Below, piece by piece: positions 31,972 through 41,517 of a stretch of 64,000 bases of DNA; the first letter of the stretch is position 1, and each line of letters starts with the position of its first letter. The DNA lies in NCBI GenBank assembly GCA_963770895.1, contig CAVYRF010000002.1, positions 1,216,001 through 1,280,000 of the forward strand. Reading direction: 5' to 3'. The stretch is from an uncultured Acidobacteriota bacterium (GTDB lineage: Bacteria; Acidobacteriota; Thermoanaerobaculia; Multivoradales; UBA5704). A program made the position numbers and the translations under genes. Below the pieces are notes generated by a model. The model saw only the letters and a program-made list of their open reading frames with translations. It made no database searches and was not told the DNA's origin.

Positions 31972-32591
31972 CACCGCCGCCGCGCTCTTCCCTGCCCCGC
32001 CTGGTGCTCGCCTCGGGCTCGCCGCGGCGTCGCGACCTGCTGGCCGGCCTGGGCCTGGCGTTCACGGTGCACAGCGCCGACATCGACGAAACCCCGCTCG
32101 CGGACGAGCTCCCGGCGGACTGCGTGCGCCGCCTGGCCGCCGCCAAGGCCGCCGCCCGCGCCGAGGCTGGAGCCCTGGTCCTGGCGGCCGACACCGTGGT
32201 GGTGCTCGACGGCGCGATGCTGGGCAAGCCGCGCGACGCCGCCGACGCCCGCCGCATGCTGGCGGCCATCGCCGGCCGCGAGCACACCGTGCTGACCGGC
32301 GTGTCGCTGCTGGATGCCAGCGCCGCCCGCCAGCAGTCGCTGGTCGAGGAGTCGCGGGTGCGCATGGCGCCGCTCGCCGGCGCCGAAATCGAACGCTACG
32401 TCGCCACCGGCGAGCCGCTGGACAAAGCCGGCTCCTATGCCGTGCAGGGGGTGGGGGCGCTCTACGTGGAGGCGGTCTACGGCAACTACACCAACGTCGT
32501 CGGCCTGCCGTTGCCGGCCACGCGGCGCCTGTTCAGCGCGCTGGGCTACGATCTGCTGAGCTGGACTCTTCCGGCGGCAGCGGCAGGCTAG
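31968..32591 (+). CDS. maf: Maf family nucleoside triphosphate pyrophosphatase (YhdE type)
   Basis: LVLASGSPRR, DIDE, AADTVV, LGKP, DKAGSYAVQG, NVVGLP. Start uncertain (CTG 31968 or GTG 32004). Confidence 0.88.
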   Translation: MTPPPRSSLPRLVLASGSPRRRDLLAGLGLAFTVHSADIDETPLADELPADCVRRLAAAKAAARAEAGALVLAADTVVVLDGAMLGKPRDAADARRMLAAIAGREHTVLTGVSLLDASAARQQSLVEESRVRMAPLAGAEIERYVATGEPLDKAGSYAVQGVGALYVEAVYGNYTNVVGLPLPATRRLFSALGYDLLSWTLPAAAAG

Positions 32592-32598
32592 CGGAGCA

Positions 32599-32913
32599 CT
32601 AGCCGCCGAACTTGATCGGATCGCCCAGCTCCTCGAGCGAGAAGTTGGCCATGATCTGGTGGCCGTTGAAGTCGAGGACGCGGAGGTCTTCCTCTTCTTC
32701 CAGGTCCCTGACGATATTGGGGAAGGAGTGGGAGTAGCGCGCCTTGACCGCTTCCAGATCGACCTCGTAGGCGATGAACTTGTCGATGCCCTTGTAGCGG
32801 AGCTTCCCCACCAGGCGTTCGTCGGTAAGCTCGGGGTAGGTCGACAGCACGAGAATCGGGCCGCTGCCGGTAAAGATGAGATACGCCCGAGTGGCGTTCC
32901 TGGTCAGGTTCAT
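32599..32913 (-). CDS. Hypothetical cytosolic protein (104 aa)
   Basis: GGAGG RBS, typical codon usage; IFTGSGPILVL...KGIDKFIAYEV...DLRVLDFNGH resembles a conserved uncharacterised family. Confidence 0.75.
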   Translation of the reverse strand: MNLTRNATRAYLIFTGSGPILVLSTYPELTDERLVGKLRYKGIDKFIAYEVDLEAVKARYSHSFPNIVRDLEEEEDLRVLDFNGHQIMANFSLEELGDPIKFGG

Positions 32914-33092
32914 CGCTGTCCTCCACGTCGCGTCGTGCGGATGGTCGATCGCGCAACAGTACATCACGAGGGCGCCACCGGCGGAAGTCCGCCCGGGTCG
33001 CCGGCGCCGGCCACGGCGGCCAGCGGCGGGGGCGACCCGCGGGCGTTCGACACGCATGCCAATGCCAGAATGATGCCGGGGAGGAACAGGCA

Positions 33093-33941
33093 ATGACGAT
33101 CGCTGTGGTTTTGGTGCGCCCGCGGGAAGAGGGCAACGTGGGGGCGGCGGCGCGGGCGATGGCCAACATGGGCCTCGACCGCCTGATCCTGGTGGAGCCG
33201 GCGGCGCAGCTGGGCGTCATGGCGCGCGCCTTCGCCGTCGGCGCCGGCCACATCCTGGAGGGCGCGGTCCGCGCCCCCAGCCTGCGCCAGGCGCTGGCGC
33301 CCTTCACCTGCGTGGTCGGCACCACCTCGACGCGCGACCGCCGCCAGGCCGTGCCGCTGATCGGCCCGCGCGAGCTGCCGGACGCCCTGGCGGCCGTGGG
33401 CGCCGCTGTCCCGTCCCCTGGAACCGGCGCGCGGCCGGACCCCGCGATCGCGCTGGTGTTCGGTCCCGAGGTGGGAGGGCTCACCAACGACGAGCTGGCC
33501 TTTGCCAACCTGGTGGTTTCGGTCCCCTGTGCGCCGCTCCAGCCGACGCTCAACCTGGCGCAGGCGGTGCTGATCCTGGCCTACGAGCTGTATCAGGCCG
33601 ATCTCGCCAGCCAGGCCGATCCCGCCGATCGAGCCGATCCCGCCGAGCTGGCGGATCGCGCCGAGCGGGATCGGGCTGCCGCCACCGCGCCGCCGCTCCA
33701 CCGCTTCGTCCAGCCGCCGGAAGCGGCCGCGGCCACCAGTGCCGAAGTGGACGGGCTGTTCGACCATGTGGCCGAGCTGCTGGGCCGCATCGGGTTTGAC
33801 CGCGACAGCAGCTTTGCGGGGGTGATCCGCGACCTGCGGGCCGCCGCCGCCCGCGCCCGCCTGGCCAGCCGCGAGGTCGCCATCCTGCGCGGCATCTGCC
33901 GCCGCGCCGGCCACGCGCTGGCGGGCTCGCGGCAGCCCTGA
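33093..33941 (+). CDS. trmJ: TrmJ/TrmH-family SPOUT tRNA methyltransferase
   Basis: GNVGAAARAMANMG, ALVFGPEVGGLTNDEL, TLNLAQAV, REVAILRG. Confidence 0.88.
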   Translation: MTIAVVLVRPREEGNVGAAARAMANMGLDRLILVEPAAQLGVMARAFAVGAGHILEGAVRAPSLRQALAPFTCVVGTTSTRDRRQAVPLIGPRELPDALAAVGAAVPSPGTGARPDPAIALVFGPEVGGLTNDELAFANLVVSVPCAPLQPTLNLAQAVLILAYELYQADLASQADPADRADPAELADRAERDRAAATAPPLHRFVQPPEAAAATSAEVDGLFDHVAELLGRIGFDRDSSFAGVIRDLRAAAARARLASREVAILRGICRRAGHALAGSRQP

Positions 33942-34022
33942 TCGACGGCGGTCAGGCGGAGACGATGCGGCGACATGGTAGAGGCGCCGGGGACTTCCGC
34001 GGCGCCCCGGCCGCGACCGGGG

Positions 34023-34598
34023 TCAGGCTTCGCGCTTGACCTGCTCCTGGATGAGCTCTTCGGCGTCTTCCTTGAGGAAGCCGCGCGCGACCATCTGGTA
34101 GGTCAGGGCGGCCATGCAGCGGCGCGCCACCTTGCGGACGCTGCCGGGGTGGTAGCCCATGTTGCGGGCTACTTCGCCGGGGTCGCAACCCAGGCCGTAG
34201 CGCAGGCGCAGGATCTTGCGGCAGCGCGGCGGCAGCTCTTCGAGCAGATCGTTGAGGTCCCACAGCAGCTGCGCCCGCTCCTGCGGCGCGGCGACCGGCT
34301 CGGTCAGCAGCTCCAGGATCACCGTGTCGACCGAGTCGTAGAGGGCGGCGCGGCGCTTGCGCCAGTAGACGATGCAGCGGTTGCGCAGGGTGACCAGGAT
34401 CCAGGCTTCGGGTTCCTGGATCTCCTGCCACTTCTGGATGGTGGCAACCAGCGATTCCTGCACCAGGTCTTCGGCGTCGTGAGCAGGGACGCGGTACCGC
34501 GTCAGGATCTGCTTCAGCTTGGGCCGCAGGCGGCGGAGGAGGACCTCCAGCGGCTCTTTCCCCAAAGGTTCCATGGGCGTTTGGTCTGCGACTGCCAT
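34023..34598 (-). CDS. ECF-type sigma-70 family factor
   Basis: Region 2 DAEDLVQE...PEAWI and region 4 LPPRCRKILRLRY...EVARNMG. Start may be 34574. Confidence 0.8.
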   Translation of the reverse strand: MAVADQTPMEPLGKEPLEVLLRRLRPKLKQILTRYRVPAHDAEDLVQESLVATIQKWQEIQEPEAWILVTLRNRCIVYWRKRRAALYDSVDTVILELLTEPVAAPQERAQLLWDLNDLLEELPPRCRKILRLRYGLGCDPGEVARNMGYHPGSVRKVARRCMAALTYQMVARGFLKEDAEELIQEQVKREA

Positions 34599-34702
34599 AA
34601 TCTCCAGAAGGCCGCGCTGTTTGGTGCTCTGGCTGCTAATGATAAACCCGCCGGGGCCTCTTGCACACCCCGGCCGGGCGACCTGATAGACTCGCCCCCC
34701 GC

Positions 34703-35368
34703 ATGACGACCTCTGTCGAAGCCCCGCCGCGGGTCGCCCACAGCCTCCGCCTCAAGCCGATCATCGGCGTGGTGCGCACCCACGACACGCGCCTGGCCCA
34801 CGAGCAGGCGTCGGCGCTGATGGCGGCCGGCATCCACCTGGTGGAGATCACGTTCACCGTGCCGGGGGCGGTGGACCTGACGCGGCAGCTGCTCGCCGCC
34901 CGCGGCGCCGCCGGCCCCCCCTGGATCGGCATGGGCACCATCACCACCGCGGAACGCGCCCGCCAGGCGCTGGACGCCGGCGCGGAGTTCGTGGTCAGCC
35001 CCAACGTCGACGCCGGGGTGGCGGCGGCATGCCGCCAGACCGGCCGCTTCCTGGTGATGGGCGCCCTCACCCCGACCGAGATCGCCGCCGCCCACGCTCT
35101 GGGCGCCGACCTGGTGAAGGTCTACCCCCTGCCCCCGGTCGGCGGATCCGCCTACCTGTCCGTCGTACGGCAGCCGCTCGGCGACGTGCCGATGCTGGCG
35201 GCCGGCGGCTTCGGCATCGACGACATTCCGGCCTACCGTGCGGCCGGAGCCACCGCGTTCGGCATCGGGTTTCCCATCCTCGCCGGCGCCCAACAGACTT
35301 CCCCCGACGTCCTGGCGCGGCGAATCGCCCGCGCCCTCAGCCTGGCCACCGGCGAGGAGAACTCATGA
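34703..35368 (+). CDS. eda: KDPG/KHG aldolase family protein
   Basis: IIGVVR, VEITFTVP, GMGTI, GAEFVVSP, TPTEI, VKVYP (Schiff-base Lys), AAGG. Confidence 0.8.
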   Translation: MTTSVEAPPRVAHSLRLKPIIGVVRTHDTRLAHEQASALMAAGIHLVEITFTVPGAVDLTRQLLAARGAAGPPWIGMGTITTAERARQALDAGAEFVVSPNVDAGVAAACRQTGRFLVMGALTPTEIAAAHALGADLVKVYPLPPVGGSAYLSVVRQPLGDVPMLAAGGFGIDDIPAYRAAGATAFGIGFPILAGAQQTSPDVLARRIARALSLATGEENS

Positions 35369-35787
35369 GCACCACTGCGACCCCCGCCCGCCAGGTGGTC
35401 TTCGACCCCACCCCTGAAATCTTCGCCACCGACACGGCCGGCTCGTTCAGCTATCCGCTGCTGGTAGCCACCAAGGCCTTCCTGGCGACGGCCGTCTACG
35501 ACGAAGTGCGCTTCGTCTTCTCGATCTGGCACCCGTCGGGCCAGCGCACGATCGACCTCGACCGCGCCTATGTCGAGCTGCGCGCGTCCTTCGATCCCGA
35601 AGAGGATCACTGGACCAAGATCGCCGAGATCGAACCCGTGGTACCGCCCTATGCCGGCGGCGAGAGCTTCGACGGCTGGATCGTGCTGCCGATCCTGGGC
35701 TCCTCGACCGCCTTCACCCTGGTGGGCAGCGGCTTCGAGCCGCGGGCGCGCTTGCAGATCCGCGCCAGCGGCTACTTCGTCGCCTGA
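35365..35787 (+). CDS. Hypothetical protein (140 aa, beta-rich)
   Basis: GAGGAG RBS; ATGA overlap with the aldolase stop; typical codon usage. Confidence 0.75.
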   Translation: MSTTATPARQVVFDPTPEIFATDTAGSFSYPLLVATKAFLATAVYDEVRFVFSIWHPSGQRTIDLDRAYVELRASFDPEEDHWTKIAEIEPVVPPYAGGESFDGWIVLPILGSSTAFTLVGSGFEPRARLQIRASGYFVA

Positions 35788-35818
35788 CCCCGCCATATCG
35801 ACGTTCTGGGCGCCCGGC

Positions 35819-37054
35819 ATGAACCACCTGGAGCTCCTGACGCGCCTGGCGCGGCCGCTCCCCGAAGGGGAGGGCAAGATCGTGCTGCTGGTCATGGACG
35901 GCCTGGGCGACATCCGCACCGCCGCCCAGCCTCTGACGCCGCTCGAGCACGCCGCGCTCCCCCATCTGGACGCGCTGGCCCGCCGCGCCGCCCTGGGCCG
36001 CCTGGTGCCGGTGGCGCCGGGAGTGACCCCCGGCAGCGGCCCCGGCCACCTGGCGCTCTTTGGCCACGATCCCACCCAGCCGGCGGCCGACATCGGCCGC
36101 GGCGTGCTCGAAGCCCTGGGCGAAGGCCTGCCGGTGGGGCCCGGCGACGTCGCGGCGCGCGGCAACTTCGCCACCGCCGACGCCGACGGCAACCTGACCG
36201 ACCGCCGCGCCGGCCGCATCCCCACCGAAGAGTGCCAGCGCCTGTGCACCGCCATCACCGCGGCGCTGCGCACGCAGCAGCCGGTCGAAGGAATCCAGGT
36301 GCAGGTCGCCCCCGGCGAAGGCTACCGCTTCGTGCTGCTGCTGCAGGGCCAGGGCCTGTCGCCCGACATCGACGATACCGACCCGCAGCGCCTGGGCGTG
36401 CCGCCGCTGCCGGTGACGCCGCGCCTTCCCGCCGCCGTGCGCACCGCCGCGGTGGTGCAGCGGGTGCTGGCCACGATCGAAGCGGCGCTGGCCGCGGAAC
36501 CCAAGGCCAATCGCGTCACCCTGCGCGGCTTTTCCCAGCTGCCCCACCTGCCGTCGATGCGCCAGCTCTACCGGCTGCGCTGCGGCGCCTTCGCCGGCTA
36601 TCCGCTCTACCGCGGCGCCGCCGCCGCCTGCGGCATGACGGTGGTGCCCACCGGCAAGAAGCCGGCCGACGCGGTCCAGACGGTGCGCGACCACTGGCGC
36701 GACTTCGACTACTTCTTCCTCCACGTCAAGAACACCGACGCCGCCGGTGAAGACGGCAACTTCGCCGCCAAGGTCAAGGCGATCGAAGAAGTCGACGCGG
36801 CGCTCCCGGCGCTGCTCGACCTGCAGCCCTCGGTCGTCGCGGTGACCGGCGACCACTCCACCCCGGCGCCACTCAAAGGCCACAGCTGGCACCCGGTGCC
36901 GCTGCTCCTCGCCTCGGACTGCTGCTCGATCGACGGCAGCGAAGAGTTCACCGAGCGCGCCGCCGCCCGCGGCAGCCTGGGCACCCTGCCGTCCTGCCAC
37001 CTCATGGGCCTCCTGCTGGCCAACGCCGGCCGCCTGGCCAAATACGGCGCCTGA
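35819..37054 (+). CDS. apgM: 2,3-bisphosphoglycerate-independent phosphoglycerate mutase (archaeal type)
   Basis: VMDGLGD, TPLE, PGSGPGHLALFG, DRRAGRI, HVKNTDAAGEDG, TGDHSTP, HSWHPVP. Confidence 0.9.
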   Translation: MNHLELLTRLARPLPEGEGKIVLLVMDGLGDIRTAAQPLTPLEHAALPHLDALARRAALGRLVPVAPGVTPGSGPGHLALFGHDPTQPAADIGRGVLEALGEGLPVGPGDVAARGNFATADADGNLTDRRAGRIPTEECQRLCTAITAALRTQQPVEGIQVQVAPGEGYRFVLLLQGQGLSPDIDDTDPQRLGVPPLPVTPRLPAAVRTAAVVQRVLATIEAALAAEPKANRVTLRGFSQLPHLPSMRQLYRLRCGAFAGYPLYRGAAAACGMTVVPTGKKPADAVQTVRDHWRDFDYFFLHVKNTDAAGEDGNFAAKVKAIEEVDAALPALLDLQPSVVAVTGDHSTPAPLKGHSWHPVPLLLASDCCSIDGSEEFTERAAARGSLGTLPSCHLMGLLLANAGRLAKYGA

Positions 37055-37097
37055 ACCAGGCCCCCCGTGACGGGGCACCGGCGCCGGAGGCGTTCGG

Positions 37098-37622
37098 CTA
37101 GCGGAAGCCGCGGCGCAGCTCGCGGCGGAAGACGTTGAAGGCTTCTTCGCCCCATAGGCAGACGACGACGCGATCGAGCTTGGTGCCACCTTGCAGGTAG
37201 CGGTGGATCTCGGTGAGCATGACCCGCGCCGCGCGGTCCATGGGGAAGCCGAAGACGCCGGTCGAGATGGCCGGCAGGGCGATCGATTTGAGGCCGCGGC
37301 GGTCGGCCAGGGCCAGGGCGGCGCGCACCGCCGAGGCCAGCTTTTTGTCTTCGTCGCCTTCGCCGTACTGGGGGCCGACGGCGTGGATGACCTGGCGGGC
37401 GCTGAGGTTGCCGGCACCGGTCATGACGGCGGTTCCCACCGGCGTGCTGCCGATGCGGTTGCACTCCACCTGGATGGAGGCGCCGCCCTTGTCGAGGATG
37501 GCTCCCGCCACCCCGGCGCCCAACTGCAGCCGCTCGTTGGCGGGGTTGACGATCGCATCCACCTCAAGACTGGTGATGTCGCCTTGCACCAGTTCCAGCT
37601 GGGTATTGTCGATGCTGAGCAT
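37098..37622 (-). CDS. Macro domain protein (ADP-ribose binding/hydrolase)
   Basis: GDIT, AIVNPAN, GAGVAGAI, VIHAVGP, PAISTGVFGFP. Confidence 0.92.
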   Translation of the reverse strand: MLSIDNTQLELVQGDITSLEVDAIVNPANERLQLGAGVAGAILDKGGASIQVECNRIGSTPVGTAVMTGAGNLSARQVIHAVGPQYGEGDEDKKLASAVRAALALADRRGLKSIALPAISTGVFGFPMDRAARVMLTEIHRYLQGGTKLDRVVVCLWGEEAFNVFRRELRRGFR

Positions 37623-37808
37623 GAGCTTATTTTCCGTCGTCAACGCACCCATCCCCACAAGATTTTATCAAGCCTCTGCCCATTGCCCCTAACCGCGCCC
37701 TCCAGGCGTCCCAGGCGCACGGGTCGGGCCGCCCGCGCCGCCCGTCGCCGCCGCAGGGTGCCGCCACCGCTCCGACCGTATAGGGGCTAGTGTAGACTGC
37801 TGGCCGCC

Positions 37809-39782
37809 ATGTGGACCGAGCTCAAGCAAGAGCTGGCGCGGGAGGTGGCCCGCGCCGTCGCGGAGCTTTTCGCGGTGACCCACCAGCCGATGATCGAGGT
37901 GCCGCCACGGCGCGAGCTGGGGGACCTGGCGACGCCGGCGCCGATGCAGCTGGCGCGGGTGCTCAAGCGCAACCCCAAGGCCATCGCCGCCGACCTGGCG
38001 GCGGCGATACGCCTGCCGGCGGCGGTGCGCCAGGTGGAGGTGCTGGGCGCCGGCTACCTGAACTTCTTCCTGGACCGGCCGGCCTTTGCCGCCGCCATGC
38101 TGGAGCCCCCCCCCAGCGCGGCCGGTGCTGCAGGCGCGGCCGGCGCCGCGGCCCCGGGCAAGGTCATCGTCGAGCACACCAACATCAATCCCAACAAGGC
38201 GGCGCACATCGGCCACCTGCGCAACGCCGTGCTGGGCGACGTGCTGGCGCGCTGCCTGCGCAGCCTGGGGCGCACCGTCGAGGTGCAGAACTACATCGAC
38301 GACACCGGCGTGCAGCTGGCCGACGTGGTGGTCGGCCTGCTCGACCTGCGCGGCCTGGGGCAGGCGGAGGTGGCGGCGCTGCCCGAGCCGTTCGACTATT
38401 ACTGCTGGGATCTGTACGCCGAGGTGCGGCGCTGGTACGACCAGGCCGACGCGACGGACGACGAAAAGCGGCGCCGCAAGCAGCTGGTGCGCGACACGCT
38501 GCACCAGATGGAGAGCGGCCACGGCGAGCGCGCCCAGCTGGGCCGGCTGGTGGCGACCCGCGTGGTGCATCGCCACCTGCGTACCATGCGCCGGCTGGGG
38601 ATCTCCTACGATCTGCTGACCCATGAGAGCGACATCCTGGCGCGCAACTTCTTCGCCACCGCGTTTGAGCGGCTCAAGCAGAGCGGCGCCGTGCGCCTGG
38701 AGCCGGCGGGCAAGAACCAAGGCTGCTGGGTGATGCCGCTGGCCGACAGCCAGGAGTTCGCCGGCCTCGAAGACCCCGACAAGGTGATCGTCCGTTCGGA
38801 CGGGACGGTGACCTACGTCGGCAAGGACATCGCCTACCAGCTGTGGAAGTTCGGCCTGCTCGGCCAGGATTTCCTGTACAGCTATTGGCAGCAGGAAGAG
38901 GTCTGGCAGACCGCCTCGCACGGCGAAGACGCGGCCGCGGAGCATCCCGCGTTCGGCGCCGGCGAGCAGGTGATCAACGTCATCGACGCCCGTCAGAGCT
39001 ACTTGCAGCGCATCGTCCGCGCCGGCCTGGAGGCCCTGGGGCACAGCGCCGAGGCACAACGGTCGGTGCACTTCGCCTACGAGATGGTGGCCCTGTCGCC
39101 GGCGACGGCGCGCCAGCTGGGGTTTTTGGAAGCCGGCGACGAGGGCGCCGACAAGACGCTGGAAATGTCAGGCCGCAAGGGGATCGGCGTCAAGGCCGAC
39201 GACCTGATGGACCAGCTGCAGGCCAAGAGCCGCGACGAGATCGCCAAGCGGGACCGCGACGCCGACGGCGCCGACCTGGACGAGCTGGCGCGGCAGATCG
39301 CCATCGCCGCCCTGCGCTTCTTCATGGTCAAGGCGACCACCAACCGCGTCATCGCCTTCGACCTGGACGAAGCGCTCAACTTCGAGGGCGAATCCGGCCC
39401 CTACCTGCAATATGCGCTGGTGCGCGCCGCCAACATCCGCCGCCGTCTGGCCGCCGCCGGCCTGCCGGACACCGTCACGGCCGCCGCGGTGCGCGAGCTG
39501 CCGGCCGGCCACTTCGAACAGGACCTCTGGGACCTGATCCTGGAAGTCGCCCAGATCGGCGACCTGGTGGAAAAGGCGGTCGCATCGCTGGAGCTGTCGC
39601 TGGCCGCCCGCCAGGCGCTCGACATCGCGCAGCGCTTCAACACGTTCTATCACCGCTATCCGATCCTCAAGGAGAGCGATCCGTCGCTGCGCCAGGCCCG
39701 CCTGGCCACGGTGCAGATCTTCCGCCGCGGCTTGACGACCCTGGCCGAGCTGCTCGGCATCCCGGTCCCGGAAAGGATGTGA
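37809..39782 (+). CDS. argS: Arginine--tRNA ligase
   Basis: EHTNINPNKAAHIGHLRN (HIGH), MSGRKG, GPYLQYA, terminal PERM. Confidence 0.96.
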   Translation: MWTELKQELAREVARAVAELFAVTHQPMIEVPPRRELGDLATPAPMQLARVLKRNPKAIAADLAAAIRLPAAVRQVEVLGAGYLNFFLDRPAFAAAMLEPPPSAAGAAGAAGAAAPGKVIVEHTNINPNKAAHIGHLRNAVLGDVLARCLRSLGRTVEVQNYIDDTGVQLADVVVGLLDLRGLGQAEVAALPEPFDYYCWDLYAEVRRWYDQADATDDEKRRRKQLVRDTLHQMESGHGERAQLGRLVATRVVHRHLRTMRRLGISYDLLTHESDILARNFFATAFERLKQSGAVRLEPAGKNQGCWVMPLADSQEFAGLEDPDKVIVRSDGTVTYVGKDIAYQLWKFGLLGQDFLYSYWQQEEVWQTASHGEDAAAEHPAFGAGEQVINVIDARQSYLQRIVRAGLEALGHSAEAQRSVHFAYEMVALSPATARQLGFLEAGDEGADKTLEMSGRKGIGVKADDLMDQLQAKSRDEIAKRDRDADGADLDELARQIAIAALRFFMVKATTNRVIAFDLDEALNFEGESGPYLQYALVRAANIRRRLAAAGLPDTVTAAAVRELPAGHFEQDLWDLILEVAQIGDLVEKAVASLELSLAARQALDIAQRFNTFYHRYPILKESDPSLRQARLATVQIFRRGLTTLAELLGIPVPERM

Positions 39783-39783
39783 C

Positions 39784-40548
39784 ATGGATCCCAATACCGC
39801 TTCCTACCAGGGCGGGGGCCTGTCCGCCCCGCCACCCGCCAAGCGGACGTCGCCGTGGGTCTACGTCGGCTGCGGCTGCGCCCTCGCGCTGGTGATCGGC
39901 GCCCTGGCGGTCTTCTTCATCGGCAAGGGCGTCATGAGAAGCTTCAAGCACATGGCGCAGGACATGGCAGACCCGCGCATGCGCGAGCAGCGCACGCGCG
40001 AGATGCTGGGCTACACCACGCTGCCCGACGGCTACTACGCGGGCGGCGCGATCTCGGTGCCGCTCATCTCGGACATGGCGTTCCTCACCGACCGGCAGCC
40101 CGAGGCGGGCGCTTCCGCCCACGGCGGTCCGATGGAGTTCGACCAGCGCGGCTTCATGTTCATGAAGATCCTTCTGGCCCGCATCCCCGCGGGCGACGAC
40201 GCCAGGCGGCACCTGCTGGACAAGAACGGCCAGTCGCCCTGGAACTCGTCGGTCAGGATCGATGCCAACTCCACCCTGGGCGAGGGCGACCTGCAGGCCG
40301 GCGGCGCGCACGTGTACTACCGCGCCACGCGCGGCGACGTGACCATGAACCGCAATCACCACCACGGCCTGGTCACTCCGATGCTGATCGGCTGCCCCGA
40401 CAACCGCATGCGCCTGGGCATCTGGTCGGGACCCGACCCGGACCCGGATGCGTCCGACGGCCAGCTCAACCGCGCCGGCACACCCGCCGATCCCAAGGCG
40501 ATCGCCGCGTTTCTGGACCACTTCACCCTGTGCACCGGCGGCAGCTGA
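39784..40548 (+). CDS. Hypothetical membrane-anchored protein
   Basis: Starts 1 nt after argS; PWVYVGCGC followed by one TM helix and a soluble domain. Confidence 0.75.
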   Translation: MDPNTASYQGGGLSAPPPAKRTSPWVYVGCGCALALVIGALAVFFIGKGVMRSFKHMAQDMADPRMREQRTREMLGYTTLPDGYYAGGAISVPLISDMAFLTDRQPEAGASAHGGPMEFDQRGFMFMKILLARIPAGDDARRHLLDKNGQSPWNSSVRIDANSTLGEGDLQAGGAHVYYRATRGDVTMNRNHHHGLVTPMLIGCPDNRMRLGIWSGPDPDPDASDGQLNRAGTPADPKAIAAFLDHFTLCTGGS

Positions 40549-40596
40549 TCGCCGCCGCCGCCGGCCACCGGCCGCCGGCCTGAGCCAGAGGCCAGG

Positions 40597-41517
40597 CTAA
40601 TCGTCCAGGTAGACGATCTCCATGTGGCGGATGCGCCAGGCGGAAAGGGCGACCAGGACCGCGGTCAGGAGCAGCAGGCCCAGGATCGACGCGGCGGTGC
40701 CGGGCGCGTCCGAGAGCAGGGCGAAGGGACCTTCGGAGAGCGGCACCGGGCAGAGCGCCTGCAGGTAGTGGATGACCGACAGCTGCTTGAGGAGCGGCGG
40801 CAGCAGGAAGTGGATCGCCTCCCAGCCGAAGAGGGCGAGCGCCGGCAGCGCCGGACTGCGGAAGAAGAACCCCAGGGCCAGGAAGCAGGCGCCGTAGCCG
40901 GCACACGCCAGGGCGGTCACCAGCATGTAGGAGCCCAGGTGGGCCAGCCCCGGCCCATGGAACAAAAAGGCGTCGCGCAGCCGCGCGTCGTAGGGCAGGT
41001 AGTTGAAGAAAAAGGTGGCGATCGTCGCCGTCTCGAACAGCACCAGCGCCACGACCAGGCCGGTCAGGTACTTGGCGACCAGCAGCACTTCGCGCCGCAG
41101 GGGGGCGAGAAAGTAGAAGTGGAGGCTGCGGTCCAGCACCTCGCGGCGGATCAGGTTGCCGAAGATCCAGACGCAGCCCAGAAAGAGGATCACCCGCAGG
41201 ATGAAATCCTGGTAGGCGTGGGCCATCACCTGTGTCGCCATCCCCAGGGCGCTTGGATCGCGCATCGGAAAGGGCAGGATCAGCTGCAGCGAGAAAATCG
41301 CCGGCGTCGCCAGGGCCAGCAGCCACAACCCGATGGCGCGCCGGCCCAGAAAGCCCTTGCGCAGCTCGAGCCGCATGACCGCCGCGACCTGCTGGCGCCG
41401 CAGCCGCCAGAGCTGGGCCGCGGGCCGCGGCGTCGCGCCTCCCGCGGCGCCGCCGGCCGTGCCGGCCGCCAGACCGCCGGTTGCGCCGTCCGCCGCGGCG
41501 GGCGCCGTGTGCGTCAT
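40597..41517 (-). CDS. ABC transporter permease
   Basis: About six TM helices; REVLDRSLHFYFLAPLRREVLLVAKY ABC-2-type motif. Confidence 0.85.
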   Translation of the reverse strand: MTHTAPAAADGATGGLAAGTAGGAAGGATPRPAAQLWRLRRQQVAAVMRLELRKGFLGRRAIGLWLLALATPAIFSLQLILPFPMRDPSALGMATQVMAHAYQDFILRVILFLGCVWIFGNLIRREVLDRSLHFYFLAPLRREVLLVAKYLTGLVVALVLFETATIATFFFNYLPYDARLRDAFLFHGPGLAHLGSYMLVTALACAGYGACFLALGFFFRSPALPALALFGWEAIHFLLPPLLKQLSVIHYLQALCPVPLSEGPFALLSDAPGTAASILGLLLLTAVLVALSAWRIRHMEIVYLDD

